A DNA stretch of 61,134 nucleotides from a virus (Duplodnaviria > Caudoviricetes): IMG/VR virus record IMGVR_UViG_3300007734_000737, positions 1-61,134 of that record. One strand, 5' to 3'. Within the stretch, counting starts at the first letter, position 1, and every line of letters starts with the position of its first letter. Position numbers and translations under genes: made by a program. Shown in pieces: positions 40,901 through 48,925 of this stretch. Under the pieces are notes generated by a model. The model did not search any database. It saw only the letters and a program-made list of their open reading frames with translations, and was not told the DNA's origin.

Positions 40901-41319
40901 TTTTTGCAACAATGTATATAAGGTCATCTCAAAGTGGTATGTTACAATCTCAATTTTATAATTTTAGTAATACAGATTTATTACAAGATTGGGGTCCATC
41001 GGTAGAACCTTTCTTTACTAGTAAAAAATATTATTGTAGTAATTCAAATACTCCGTATGTTACATTTAATAGTTTAAATCAAAATGTTGAATTTTTAATC
41101 TCAAGATATAAAGATAGAGTTGGGAAGATTAATAAAATAACGGCTAAAGACATTACTAAATTTATAATATTATATGGTGATGCTATTATTCCAAAAAATG
41201 AGGATGAATATACTACTATGAGTTCTACTAATATAACAACTATTGAGAGTAAAGTTCAAGAGGCTATAAACGTTTATAATCCAATAAGTGGTAATTATAG
41301 TAAAACACCAAATCAGTAA
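34933..41319 (+). CDS. Very large baseplate hub-like protein (2128 aa)
   Basis: N-terminal LGITSINI...PTIDIRLVDVKG and C-terminal YTCQVTMMGNAMIQPTMYF...GPYMIQRVDHSISPGSFQTTFEGIR resemble gp27/gpD-type hub ends; follows the LysM gene. Confidence 0.6.
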   Translation: MVDKTENILVEFDYNNITIIDPNKVVDSDNKVRDRNVRQEDLVMYANLECSVLPRTKLAIGTANNDSIRTISIAKINFLKPGDKAYLDNSYTDELTGKDAIKGEGVNQPTFNSVVNPNNSDDFYLKQTISSGGKQGSTDNGLLGITSINIRQGLDFLPTIDIRLVDVKGRALFEAGDNSPYAAFFNLPYPLFHLTIKGYFGKAVRLGLMLQNFTTTYNAETANFTVDLKFYTYKYTVLSDVTMAALLATPHMYQSRFNISQTSGGPSKTTKTDSVVIERGYQKIREMYSEYKSKGLIPNDFPEITLMQLKDKLENFIKDILDSFIQQNLDPLTNLDTYNSQLMDYQKEVFYTLKVSWFNEFMDNENYYIKNKTGQKIYTFKKNLDAQKKNDAISKLKGLISKYNTLLNNNATCGNVNGKGSYTINGKVVKCSIPNSITYENVFPINITSDDIDLTETYKLQRKNSQSTPEDLVKFKGELDNQKLFENTTVTLKNGAKQVVSNYFVFEGTNSFIDLIDRMGKDLKTKRNEIEDALTKALAELLENKENGIGFVPTMRNVLAVVFANGEAFLRLLDEVHTKAWEQRDSKIRKGVIFNQQIANASADNKSSGDDKNQPVYPWPQVIKETPGEKGQEKYELRYPGDSDIIGETKGYLYDVWPEIEFVEEFINGMTQKTPPPPPLTKISNSVTEPNRVSLGAIEFPAKNEIFENKVVSKYLYEVYERTLLTSHYSKLDRSNNLTSDADKVSNVISEGESINITNSLSDNSDVELIKTLKTYNLSSANFENVLKHISNEGVSMSWQNYIRGIFNTGYIKNTVENAPFKFISKKEIDSSLSQPLVSLNNEADIVNYISTSTTSNKYDFTDTYPFTDKTWVKNNLANGISTDELLAFNTTKTLLYNSTKKVVSNFSDGQSQDIKKPITNFVYKNIVTPTIIDNDLRNFYASRTYTNQLPTEGDVKYLNYSGLVSNYQTTSILNTPYFINAIQEGVENSKNGVTNPYISAAYLFINSLPLSTLREKYKNYTGNQSVYSDESLDYIFASMKKFAAVHKVPYAWVLKIGSIWHRYKKYVNTNVDILDNCWKNFDYVKNYDPVSGKPSTVYNFTIPGQVSATTMVLETTNIIPTFSIPMGATNVQTIINTGFYPKLINDFNVFYQGYNVYTGYTSADIQKGFNDGILLNYVPESVINNVIGTTTGNSRTTSVIPWSVSIVADYGQYIYVLPSHGSLINQTKDECFDKTNNLVYQVSGNTSMYNGSARLFWSAPNYGYFDNSKVIKPDPIRYLKQVWNGQSDQENFSINGVLSDYTKMSEIFSVFDRNSLDEFEKEFLNFSISVYDYEVDTDPVITNTQKSFKNFQSLMRNMMKITNTSTNNEEWVKNVQEKQLTNISNIISQFLNYDYYFKLGNPSSFNKQLFYTFTSNYSIETNKYYIATPVTWDYYNYTTPNSLPSGTTQNNSISNYPLEWKALETYVGFSEIPELTYKDSGSYITDFFIDCNVAFDVYNIEKLAPIIKIYATQKLKDKTLNYKKFVKLMDGYLENLDSFNDRIINNTILKIQKALPNVDFTPQKKPETVLESKQTKLELWESFKATNDKWISGTDFKEKTLFEDILLLDRASRDVGNLILVDVSKLKDNLTTINPATTMLVYVQTILVENNFVVMNIPSYVNFYNVQDAVKNPEPKPEGTLEFANTLFGTFMSVDYRNSSAKMVCFYAGKPSEQLDLKENVDYRYRNDAFDLRRVDNPLVENQIGKNDWDKSNKVVGFNVDIGPQNQSIFQGFNVSQNPGLATAESLEVLNKLANQSNSRKESTQSNSLYNLYKNRSYTCQVTMMGNAMIQPTMYFNLRYVPMFSGPYMIQRVDHSISPGSFQTTFEGIRQPTASLPKIDNYIQSLKSTLLQTIVDKNKKNKQEKEKALKQATTNTDIIKQTNNKVDENTKQDGTTQSNSQNCKPITAKQDKYGKFTITNDKLSSGVTYKEVVDLISSKTTNQKLQYSVFATMYIRSSQSGMLQSQFYNFSNTDLLQDWGPSVEPFFTSKKYYCSNSNTPYVTFNSLNQNVEFLISRYKDRVGKINKITAKDITKFIILYGDAIIPKNEDEYTTMSSTNITTIESKVQEAINVYNPISGNYSKTPNQ

Positions 41320-41358
41320 CATTTACAAATAAACAGATATTTATATATAAAAAAGATT

Positions 41359-41583
41359 ATGGATACAAAATCATTATTAGAAAATTACTTAGGTAAAAAA
41401 ACCCGTACTACAGAAAAAGATATGGGTAACGGTTCAAAACAAGTTTGCGATTTAGATTCAGGTGATTGTTATACAATTAGAATGAAAGATGGTCTAATAG
41501 AAAGAGTTGACAACACAATGAGTCAAAATAGAAAAATACAAGTTGAAACAACAACTGGTGTAAAACAATTATTAAACGGATAA
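41359..41583 (+). CDS. Hypothetical protein
   Basis: 74-aa ORF with upstream TATTTAT motif (41338-41344) and A-rich leader. Confidence 0.6.
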   Translation: MDTKSLLENYLGKKTRTTEKDMGNGSKQVCDLDSGDCYTIRMKDGLIERVDNTMSQNRKIQVETTTGVKQLLNG

Positions 41584-41584
41584 A

Positions 41585-42250
41585 ATGAAAAAAGTAGATA
41601 ATAGAATTTTAGAAGAAATTGCTAGATATAATTCAATCAATAGTTATATTGTTGAACAAGATGCTACATTACCTCCACCTCCGGGTGAGGACCCAAATGC
41701 TTTACCACCTGCGGGTGGAGCTCCGGCACCTGTTGACCCAAATGTTGCTCCGGCAGCGCCAGCGGCACCGGCAGGACCTCAACCGGTTGATTTAGAAAAT
41801 GACCCTGATGTTGAAAAAGTTGGTGATGACTCGGTTGGTAAAACAGAAGAAATGGATATCACTGATTTAGTTAAATCTCAGAAAAAAGTTGAAGAAAAAC
41901 AAGAAGAATATTTTGATAACTTATTCCAACATTTAGATAATTTAGAAACTAAATTAGGTGAGATGGATGGTATTATGTCTAAATTAAATGATTTAGAGAT
42001 GAAGATTGAAAAATATAGAGAAAAAACACCCCAAGAAAAATTAGAACTTAGAAGTTTAGATTCGGGTCCATTTAATCAAAAATTAAGTCAATTCTTTGAT
42101 GATAAAGAAGATGATATGGAAAAATCCGGAAAAAATGAATATATTTTAACTCAAGATGATGTTGAAGATTATTCTCCAATTGAAATTAAAAAAACATTTA
42201 GAAATTTTGGTGATGAAGGTAAACCAACATCATTCCAACAACTAAGATAA
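41585..42250 (+). CDS. Hypothetical acidic protein with Pro/Ala linker and coiled coil (possible scaffold/internal head protein)
   Basis: ILEEIARY N-terminus, PPPPGEDPNALPPAGGAPAP tract, heptad-rich C-terminal half. Confidence 0.55.
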   Translation: MKKVDNRILEEIARYNSINSYIVEQDATLPPPPGEDPNALPPAGGAPAPVDPNVAPAAPAAPAGPQPVDLENDPDVEKVGDDSVGKTEEMDITDLVKSQKKVEEKQEEYFDNLFQHLDNLETKLGEMDGIMSKLNDLEMKIEKYREKTPQEKLELRSLDSGPFNQKLSQFFDDKEDDMEKSGKNEYILTQDDVEDYSPIEIKKTFRNFGDEGKPTSFQQLR

Positions 42251-42252
42251 TT

Positions 42253-42277
42253 AAAAGGGTTTTCGGACCCTTTTTTT
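42253..42277 (+). terminator. Rho-independent terminator
   Basis: AAAAGGGTT-ttcg-GACCCTTTTTTT. Confidence 0.85.
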
Positions 42278-42288
42278 CACAAAACAAT

Positions 42289-42317
42289 TTGACAAACACA
42301 CGGCTGACACTTATACT
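42289..42317 (+). promoter_or_regulatory. Sigma70-like promoter upstream of the SSB gene
   Basis: TTGACA (42289-42294), 17-nt spacer, TATACT (42312-42317), about 30 nt before the ATG. Confidence 0.65.
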
Positions 42318-42346
42318 TTTATAAACCTTTAAATATTTTAAACACT

Positions 42347-43201
42347 ATGGCGACAAATTCATTAGACGCAGTTTTAGCTCAATACGAGAAAGCTAAACAA
42401 GGTAGTACTTCTTCTACCTCAAAATTTACACAAGAAGAAAGAATGAAAAAATACTTCGCGGCAATCCTTCAAGATAAGGAAACTCAAGGCCAAAGAAGAT
42501 TAAGAATCTTACCAACTACAGATGGTTCTTCACCATTTAAAGAAGTTTGGTACCACGAGATTCAAGTTGATGGAAAATTCCAAAAATTTTATGACCCAGG
42601 AAAAAATGACAATGAGCGTTCACCTTTAACAGAGGTTTACGAAGAACTTCGTTCAACAGGTAAAGAAGAAGATAAAAAATTGGCTTCAAATTACTTATCG
42701 CGTAAATTTTACATTGTTAAAGTTATCGACAGAGATAACGAAGAAGATGGTGTTAAATTTTGGAGATTCAAATCTAACTACAAAAATGAAGGTATCTATG
42801 ACAAAATCATTCCTATCTACAGAAACAAAGGAGACATTGCGGACCCTGAAAAAGGTAGAGACCTTATCTTAGAATTAACTAAAGCTAAAACTCCAAAAGG
42901 GGCGGTTTATACAGTGATTCAAACGGTTATGTATGATGATGCGGCACCAATTCACGAAAATAAAACAACTGCTGATTCTTGGATTAACGATGAGCTAACT
43001 TGGGAAGATGTTTACTCTAAAAAACCGGTTGAGTACTTAGAAGCTATTGCAAGAGGTGAAACTCCAAAATGGAATACTGACAAAGGTGGTTATGACTATG
43101 GTAACTCTGACGAGGCTGAAATGTCATTTGGTGGTTCTAAACCATCTGCACCGATTGACCCACAAGCGGGTGCTGAAGAGGACGATGATATGCCATTTTA
43201 G
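42347..43201 (+). CDS. Single-stranded DNA-binding protein (T4 gp32-like)
   Basis: RLRILP, PFKEVWYH, D...GRDL.L motifs and acidic tail EEDDDMPF. Confidence 0.85.
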   Translation: MATNSLDAVLAQYEKAKQGSTSSTSKFTQEERMKKYFAAILQDKETQGQRRLRILPTTDGSSPFKEVWYHEIQVDGKFQKFYDPGKNDNERSPLTEVYEELRSTGKEEDKKLASNYLSRKFYIVKVIDRDNEEDGVKFWRFKSNYKNEGIYDKIIPIYRNKGDIADPEKGRDLILELTKAKTPKGAVYTVIQTVMYDDAAPIHENKTTADSWINDELTWEDVYSKKPVEYLEAIARGETPKWNTDKGGYDYGNSDEAEMSFGGSKPSAPIDPQAGAEEDDDMPF

Positions 43202-43294
43202 TCACACAAAACTTAGACATATAACTTGGACACTGAGACATACTTGGTGTCCAACTTGTCTAAACAAACTAAAAAATTAAATTAATATATACAT

Positions 43295-44293
43295 ATGGCG
43301 ATTAAAAAACACGATTTTAAGTCCATTAAGGACAAATTTTCAACATCGGCTAAATATAAACCACAAAGTTTTTTTGACTTAGGTCCTGACTTTTTGGACG
43401 CGGTTGGATTACCTGGTCCTGCAATAGGACACTTAAATATGTTCTTGGGTCATTCAGACACAGGAAAAACCACGGCTTTGGTAAAAACTGCTGTTGATGC
43501 TCAGAAAAAAGGTATTTTACCGGTATTCATAATTACTGAACAGAAGTGGTCGTTTGAACACGCTAAATTAATGGGGTTTGAATGTGAAGAAGTTGTTGAT
43601 GAAGAAACTGGAGAATTAGATTGGGATGGATTCTTTATATTTAATAATAATTTTGAATATATTGAACAAATCACTGATTATATAAATTCATTACTTGATG
43701 CTCAAGAAAAAGGAGAATTAGATTACAGTTTATGTATAATGTGGGATAGTGTTGGCAGTGTTCCCTGCAAAATGACTTTTGACGGAAAAGGTGGGAAGCA
43801 ACACACGGCCGGAGCGTTATCAGATAAAATTGGGATGGGTATTAATCAAAGAATATCAGGTAGTAGAAGGTCAGATTCAAAATATGAAAACACTTTAATT
43901 ATCGTGAATCAGCCTTGGGTGGAGTTACCGGATAACCCATTTGGTCAGCCTAAGATTATGGCCAAGGGAGGAAACGCTATTTGGTTAAATTCTTCGTTAG
44001 TATTTTTATTTGGTAATCAAAAAGGTGCGGGAACAAATAAGATAACTGCCACTAAAGATAAAAGAAGTATCAAATTTGCCATTAGAAGTAAAGTTTCGGT
44101 CTTAAAAAATCACATTAACGGATTGGGTTATGAAGATGGTAAGATTATTGTAACCCCACACGGATTTTTAGCGGGTAAAGATTCTACTGAAGAGAAATCA
44201 AATATTGAAAAATATAAAAAAGAATATGCTGACTATTGGAAAGAAATAATTGGAACTGATGGTGATTTTGATTTAAAAGAAGAAAAAGAATAA
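43295..44293 (+). CDS. uvsX: RecA/UvsX-like recombinase
   Basis: Walker A GHSDTGKT, Walker B IMWDSVG, IIVNQ, KGGNA motifs. Confidence 0.9.
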   Translation: MAIKKHDFKSIKDKFSTSAKYKPQSFFDLGPDFLDAVGLPGPAIGHLNMFLGHSDTGKTTALVKTAVDAQKKGILPVFIITEQKWSFEHAKLMGFECEEVVDEETGELDWDGFFIFNNNFEYIEQITDYINSLLDAQEKGELDYSLCIMWDSVGSVPCKMTFDGKGGKQHTAGALSDKIGMGINQRISGSRRSDSKYENTLIIVNQPWVELPDNPFGQPKIMAKGGNAIWLNSSLVFLFGNQKGAGTNKITATKDKRSIKFAIRSKVSVLKNHINGLGYEDGKIIVTPHGFLAGKDSTEEKSNIEKYKKEYADYWKEIIGTDGDFDLKEEKE

Positions 44294-44295
44294 AA

Positions 44296-45069
44296 ATGGA
44301 AACTAAAGTTTGTTCTAAATGTAATGAAGAAAAAAAAGTTTGTGAATTTTATAAAGATAAACAAAAAAAAGATGGTTTAACATCTACTTGTAAAATTTGT
44401 AAAAACAATATTTTAAAAATCTATAAAGAACAAAATCCTGATAAAGTTAAAGAAAGTAAACAAAAGGAATATTTAAAAAATATTGAAAAGTATCGTAATC
44501 AGAATAAAAAATGGAAAAATGAAAATCCTGATTATATGATAAAATATTTGAAAAATTATTATGATGAAAATAAACAACAATTACTTGAAAAACAAAAAAA
44601 ATATTATGAATCTAATAAAAATAGTATTTTAAAAAAATGTCAAGAATATGTTAACAAAAATTGTGAAAAAACATCAAAAAATCAAAAAGAATATCGTGAT
44701 AAAAATAAAGAAAGATTACAAAAATACATTAATCAATATAGAAAAAAACGTAGACAAACCGATGTTATTTTTAATTTAAGGGAAAATCTTGGTCATAGGA
44801 CTAGACAAATTTTTAAACATTTTAACACAGAAAAAAAAGATAAAACTTTTGATATTGTGAGTTGTTCTCCGGAATTTCTTAAAAAACATTTAGAAAACCA
44901 ATTTATTGATGGTATGAGTTGGGAAAATAGGAGTGAATGGCATATTGACCACATCATTCCATTATCATCGGCGAAAACAAAAGACGAACTTTATAAGTTG
45001 TGTCATTATGAAAATCTTCAACCATTATGGGCGGAAGATAATTTGAAAAAAAGTAACAAAATTTTATAG
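44296..45069 (+). CDS. HNH endonuclease with N-terminal Zn finger, probable free-standing homing endonuclease
   Basis: CSKC...CKIC, WHIDHIIPLSSA, HYENLQPLWAEDNLKKSNK. Confidence 0.85.
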   Translation: METKVCSKCNEEKKVCEFYKDKQKKDGLTSTCKICKNNILKIYKEQNPDKVKESKQKEYLKNIEKYRNQNKKWKNENPDYMIKYLKNYYDENKQQLLEKQKKYYESNKNSILKKCQEYVNKNCEKTSKNQKEYRDKNKERLQKYINQYRKKRRQTDVIFNLRENLGHRTRQIFKHFNTEKKDKTFDIVSCSPEFLKKHLENQFIDGMSWENRSEWHIDHIIPLSSAKTKDELYKLCHYENLQPLWAEDNLKKSNKIL

Positions 45070-45090
45070 TAACGAATACAAACAAAACAA

Positions 45091-46095
45091 ATGACTAAAA
45101 CACTTTTGGTCGACGGAAATTACCTATTAAAGGTTGGTATTTGCGGAGTTAAAGATTTTTTTAACGGAACAAAACACATAGGTGGGTTATGGCATTTTAT
45201 CAATACAATTAGACGTTTGATAGATGAAAAAAACTTTGATAAAGTTGTTGTTATGTGGGATGGTGATGATAACTCTTCAGCTCGCAAACTTATTTATCCC
45301 CAATATAAAGAACAACGTAGAGACAGAGACAACGAGTATAAGTTAGATTCTTTCACTGAGCAGAAAGAGAGAATCAAACAATACTTAGAGGACTGTTATA
45401 TAAGACAAATCAACGTAGATAATAACGAAGCGGACGATTTGATTGCTTACTATTGCCAAATCTCGGAGAACGAACAAAAAACCATATTCTCAGGTGATAA
45501 AGACCTTACCCAACTTATCTCGGATAAGGTATCGGTATATTATCCAAGAACCAAAGAGACTTATCATTTAGGAAGTAAAATCAAATGTGATTTTTACGAA
45601 TTTCCTCACGAAAACATTAGGACTTACAAAATTTTATCAGGAGATAAATCGGACAATATTGATGGTATTTCAGGGTTGGGAGAGAAAACTCTTATAAAGT
45701 TTTTTCCTGAGTTACTTGAAAAACCGGTTTCAATTACCGATATTTTAGAAAAGGCTGAAATTCTACTGAAGGAAAATAAAGATAATAAAACACTACAAAA
45801 TTTATTATCCGGTAAAACTAAGAGTGGTGTTTATGGTGATGAATATTTTGTTATAAACGAAAAAATCATAAATTTATCAAATCCATTAATTACTGATGAC
45901 GCTAAAGAACTTGTTGAACTATATTATAGAGAAACTTTAGACCCTGATGGAAGGGGTCATAGAGGTCTTATTAAAATGATGATGGAAGACGGTTTTTTTA
46001 AGTATCTACCAAAGGGAGATGATGCGTGGGTTAATTTTGTTAGACCCTTTATGAAACTAACGAGAAAAGAAAAAAGAAATTACAAAAACAATTAA
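45091..46095 (+). CDS. 5'-3' exonuclease / flap endonuclease (T4 RNase H-like)
   Basis: LLVDGN, WDG, EADDLIA, SGDKDLTQL, GDKSDNIDGISGLGEKT. Confidence 0.93.
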   Translation: MTKTLLVDGNYLLKVGICGVKDFFNGTKHIGGLWHFINTIRRLIDEKNFDKVVVMWDGDDNSSARKLIYPQYKEQRRDRDNEYKLDSFTEQKERIKQYLEDCYIRQINVDNNEADDLIAYYCQISENEQKTIFSGDKDLTQLISDKVSVYYPRTKETYHLGSKIKCDFYEFPHENIRTYKILSGDKSDNIDGISGLGEKTLIKFFPELLEKPVSITDILEKAEILLKENKDNKTLQNLLSGKTKSGVYGDEYFVINEKIINLSNPLITDDAKELVELYYRETLDPDGRGHRGLIKMMMEDGFFKYLPKGDDAWVNFVRPFMKLTRKEKRNYKNN

Positions 46096-46103
46096 TTAAA
46101 ATT

Positions 46104-46556
46104 ATGAAAGACCAAGATTCGGTAAAATTAGAATTCTTAATGATGGTAAACGATAACATCATTGTACAGAGATTTTTTAACGTAAGGGAGTTTAATAACG
46201 AGGGTAAAAACTCATTAGAACTTTATGACTTACTTCGTGAATTTAAAGACGACATTCAAACACAATTGTCGTTGAAAACCGTAACATATATGACGGATAA
46301 TATGTATGAAATCGTTAACAATCCATCTATTTTGGAAACGTCTTATATTGATGGTCCGGAGTATTTCAACATCTTCATAAAACAAAATGATGTGACAATT
46401 TGTCATAGACAAGTGGATGCTAAAGTATACCCTCCAAAGGTAAGATATACTGTGGATGTACGCCCACACCTAAAAAACTTGTTGATGAACTTGACTGACA
46501 TCTTTTCATCTAAAAATTTAACAAAAAAATATCTGGATGTTACCCTAAGTGTGTAG
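46104..46556 (+). CDS. Hypothetical protein in the replication operon
   Basis: 150-aa ORF tightly packed between the exonuclease and helicase genes. Confidence 0.65.
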   Translation: MKDQDSVKLEFLMMVNDNIIVQRFFNVREFNNEGKNSLELYDLLREFKDDIQTQLSLKTVTYMTDNMYEIVNNPSILETSYIDGPEYFNIFIKQNDVTICHRQVDAKVYPPKVRYTVDVRPHLKNLLMNLTDIFSSKNLTKKYLDVTLSV

Positions 46557-46586
46557 TATTTATTATTACACTAAAAGAAAAAATAT

Positions 46587-47972
46587 ATGGCGTCAAACAA
46601 AAATTTCGAGTATCTAGGTAGTACCTTTCAGATACAATTATTAAACCAAATCATTATCGACAAAGACTTTTCACGGTCAATTATAGATGTGATTGAAACA
46701 AGTTATTTTGAGAATAAATATTTCAAATTAATCATTCAAATGATTAAGGAGTATTACACAAAATACGAACACACACCAACCTTTGACACCTTAGAACAAA
46801 TTACAAAATCTGAGATACAACAACCTCTAGCGGCAAAAATCATTATTGATACCCTTACAAAAGTTAAGGAGTCTACGCTTGAAGGGGCTGAATTTGTACA
46901 AGAAAAATCAATGAAGTTCTGTAAACAACAGGAGTTACAGAAAGTAATGGTTAAAGCTCAAAAAATCATTGATACCGGTGAATTTGAAAGTTATGACACA
47001 TTAGAGGAGATGGTTAGTAAGGCGTTACAAGTTGGAGAACACGATAAGGGAACGGAAAGTGTTTTTAGTAACTTAGATGATGTTCTAAACGAAGATTATC
47101 GTCATCCGATACCAATGGGTATTCCGGGTATAGATAGACTCTTAAAAGGAGGGTTGGCAAAAGGTGAAATCGGTGTTATTTTAGCACCAACAGGTGTAGG
47201 TAAATCTACTTTACTTACAAAAATCTCAAATCACGCATTTAATTTGGGATACAATGTTTTACAAATATTCTTTGAGGATAACCCAAAGATTATTCAACGT
47301 AAACACATTACATTATGGACAAAAATCCACCCGGATGATTTGTCTTTAAGAAAAGATGAGGTAATGGTTAAAGTTCAAGAAATTAAGGAGAAAATGCCTA
47401 ATGAATTGATACTTAAAAAACTTCCATCTGATACCATAACAATGGTGCAAATTAAGAACCAAATCAGAAAAATGATGTCTGAGGGAATCAAAGTTGATAT
47501 GGTATTATTGGACTACATTGATTGTGTGGTTCCGGATAAAAACTTGGGGGATGAATGGAAATCTGAAGGGTCTGTGATGAGAGGTTTTGAATCTATGTGT
47601 CACGAACTTGATTTAGTAGGATGGACAGCAACTCAGGGTAATAGAAGTTCAATATCTTCGGATGTTGTAACTACCGACCAAATGGGTGGGTCTATTAAAA
47701 AAGCTCAGGTTGGACACGTAATTATTTCCGTGGCTAAATCTCTACAACAAAAAGAAATGAAACTAGCTACAATTGCAATTACTAAATCACGTATTGGTGA
47801 TGATGGTGTTGTATTTGAGAATTGTAAATTTGATAACGGTATGTTGGAGATTGATACAGAGAGTTCAGTGACCTTCTTAGGATTAGAAGAACAAACCGAA
47901 GAAAGAAACAGACAAAGAATAAAAGACTTGTTAGACAAGAGAAAAGAAAAAAACCAACAACAAAATAATTAA
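46587..47972 (+). CDS. Replicative DnaB-like helicase (T4 gp41-like)
   Basis: APTGVGKS Walker A, LLDYID Walker [14 protein letters not shown]. Confidence 0.93.
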   Translation: MASNKNFEYLGSTFQIQLLNQIIIDKDFSRSIIDVIETSYFENKYFKLIIQMIKEYYTKYEHTPTFDTLEQITKSEIQQPLAAKIIIDTLTKVKESTLEGAEFVQEKSMKFCKQQELQKVMVKAQKIIDTGEFESYDTLEEMVSKALQVGEHDKGTESVFSNLDDVLNEDYRHPIPMGIPGIDRLLKGGLAKGEIGVILAPTGVGKSTLLTKISNHAFNLGYNVLQIFFEDNPKIIQRKHITLWTKIHPDDLSLRKDEVMVKVQEIKEKMPNELILKKLPSDTITMVQIKNQIRKMMSEGIKVDMVLLDYIDCVVPDKNLGDEWKSEGSVMRGFESMCHELDLVGWTATQGNRSSISSDVVTTDQMGGSIKKAQVGHVIISVAKSLQQKEMKLATIAITKSRIGDDGVVFENCKFDNGMLEIDTESSVTFLGLEEQTEERNRQRIKDLLDKRKEKNQQQNN

Positions 47973-47973
47973 T

Positions 47974-48924
47974 ATGAAAGAAAAAATATTAGAACCAAAT
48001 AACGACCGATTTGTTATTTTTCCCATACAACATAACGATATATGGGAGTTTTACAAGCAACATCAAGCGGCATTTTGGACAGCAGAAGAAGTGGATTTAT
48101 CTAACGATATTAGAGATTGGGAGAACCTATCAGATAATGAGAGATATTTTCTTAAAAATATATTAGCGTTCTTTGCAGCGTCCGATGGTATTGTAAATGA
48201 AAACTTGGCTGAGAATTTCCTAAAAGAGGTTCAATATGCTGAAGCGAAGTTCTTCTACGGATTTCAAATTATGATGGAGAACATTCACTCGTTAATGTAT
48301 TCATTATTGATTGATACGTATGTGTCTAATGATAAAGAGAAAGATGAATGTTTTCACGCAATTGATAGATTACCAGCAGTTCAAAAGAAAGCTAAATGGG
48401 CTTTGGATTGGATTGAGAATGCTTCTTTCCAAGAAAGATTAGTGGCGTTTGCGGCTGTTGAAGGTATCTTCTTCTCAGGTTCATTCTGTTCTATCTTTTG
48501 GATGAAATCAAGAGGAATTATGCAAGGATTATGTAATGCTAATAGTCTTATCTTCAAGGATGAGAATTTACATTGTGATTTTGCTATTCATTTGATTAAC
48601 AATCACGTTGAGAACAAACCAACGGAGAAAAGAATTAAAGAAATCTTATTGTCGGCATTAGAGATTGAAAAAGAATTTATTACTGAGTCATTACCAGTGT
48701 CTTTAATTGGTATGAATTCTAACTTAATGAAACAATACCTTGAGTTTGTTACTGATGGGTTATTAGTTAAATTTGGATGTAAAAAACACTTTAATGTGGA
48801 ACAACCATTTAAATTTATGGAACAGATTGCTGTTGAAACAAAAGGTAACTTCTTTGAATCAAGAACAATGGAGTATCAAAAGGCCAAGTTAGGCGAGTCA
48901 TTAACATTTACGGAGGATTTTTAA
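47974..48924 (+). CDS. nrdB: Ribonucleotide reductase class Ia beta subunit
   Basis: [29 protein letters not shown] (radical Tyr), [20 protein letters not shown]. Confidence 0.97.
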   Translation: MKEKILEPNNDRFVIFPIQHNDIWEFYKQHQAAFWTAEEVDLSNDIRDWENLSDNERYFLKNILAFFAASDGIVNENLAENFLKEVQYAEAKFFYGFQIMMENIHSLMYSLLIDTYVSNDKEKDECFHAIDRLPAVQKKAKWALDWIENASFQERLVAFAAVEGIFFSGSFCSIFWMKSRGIMQGLCNANSLIFKDENLHCDFAIHLINNHVENKPTEKRIKEILLSALEIEKEFITESLPVSLIGMNSNLMKQYLEFVTDGLLVKFGCKKHFNVEQPFKFMEQIAVETKGNFFESRTMEYQKAKLGESLTFTEDF

Positions 48925-48925
48925 T

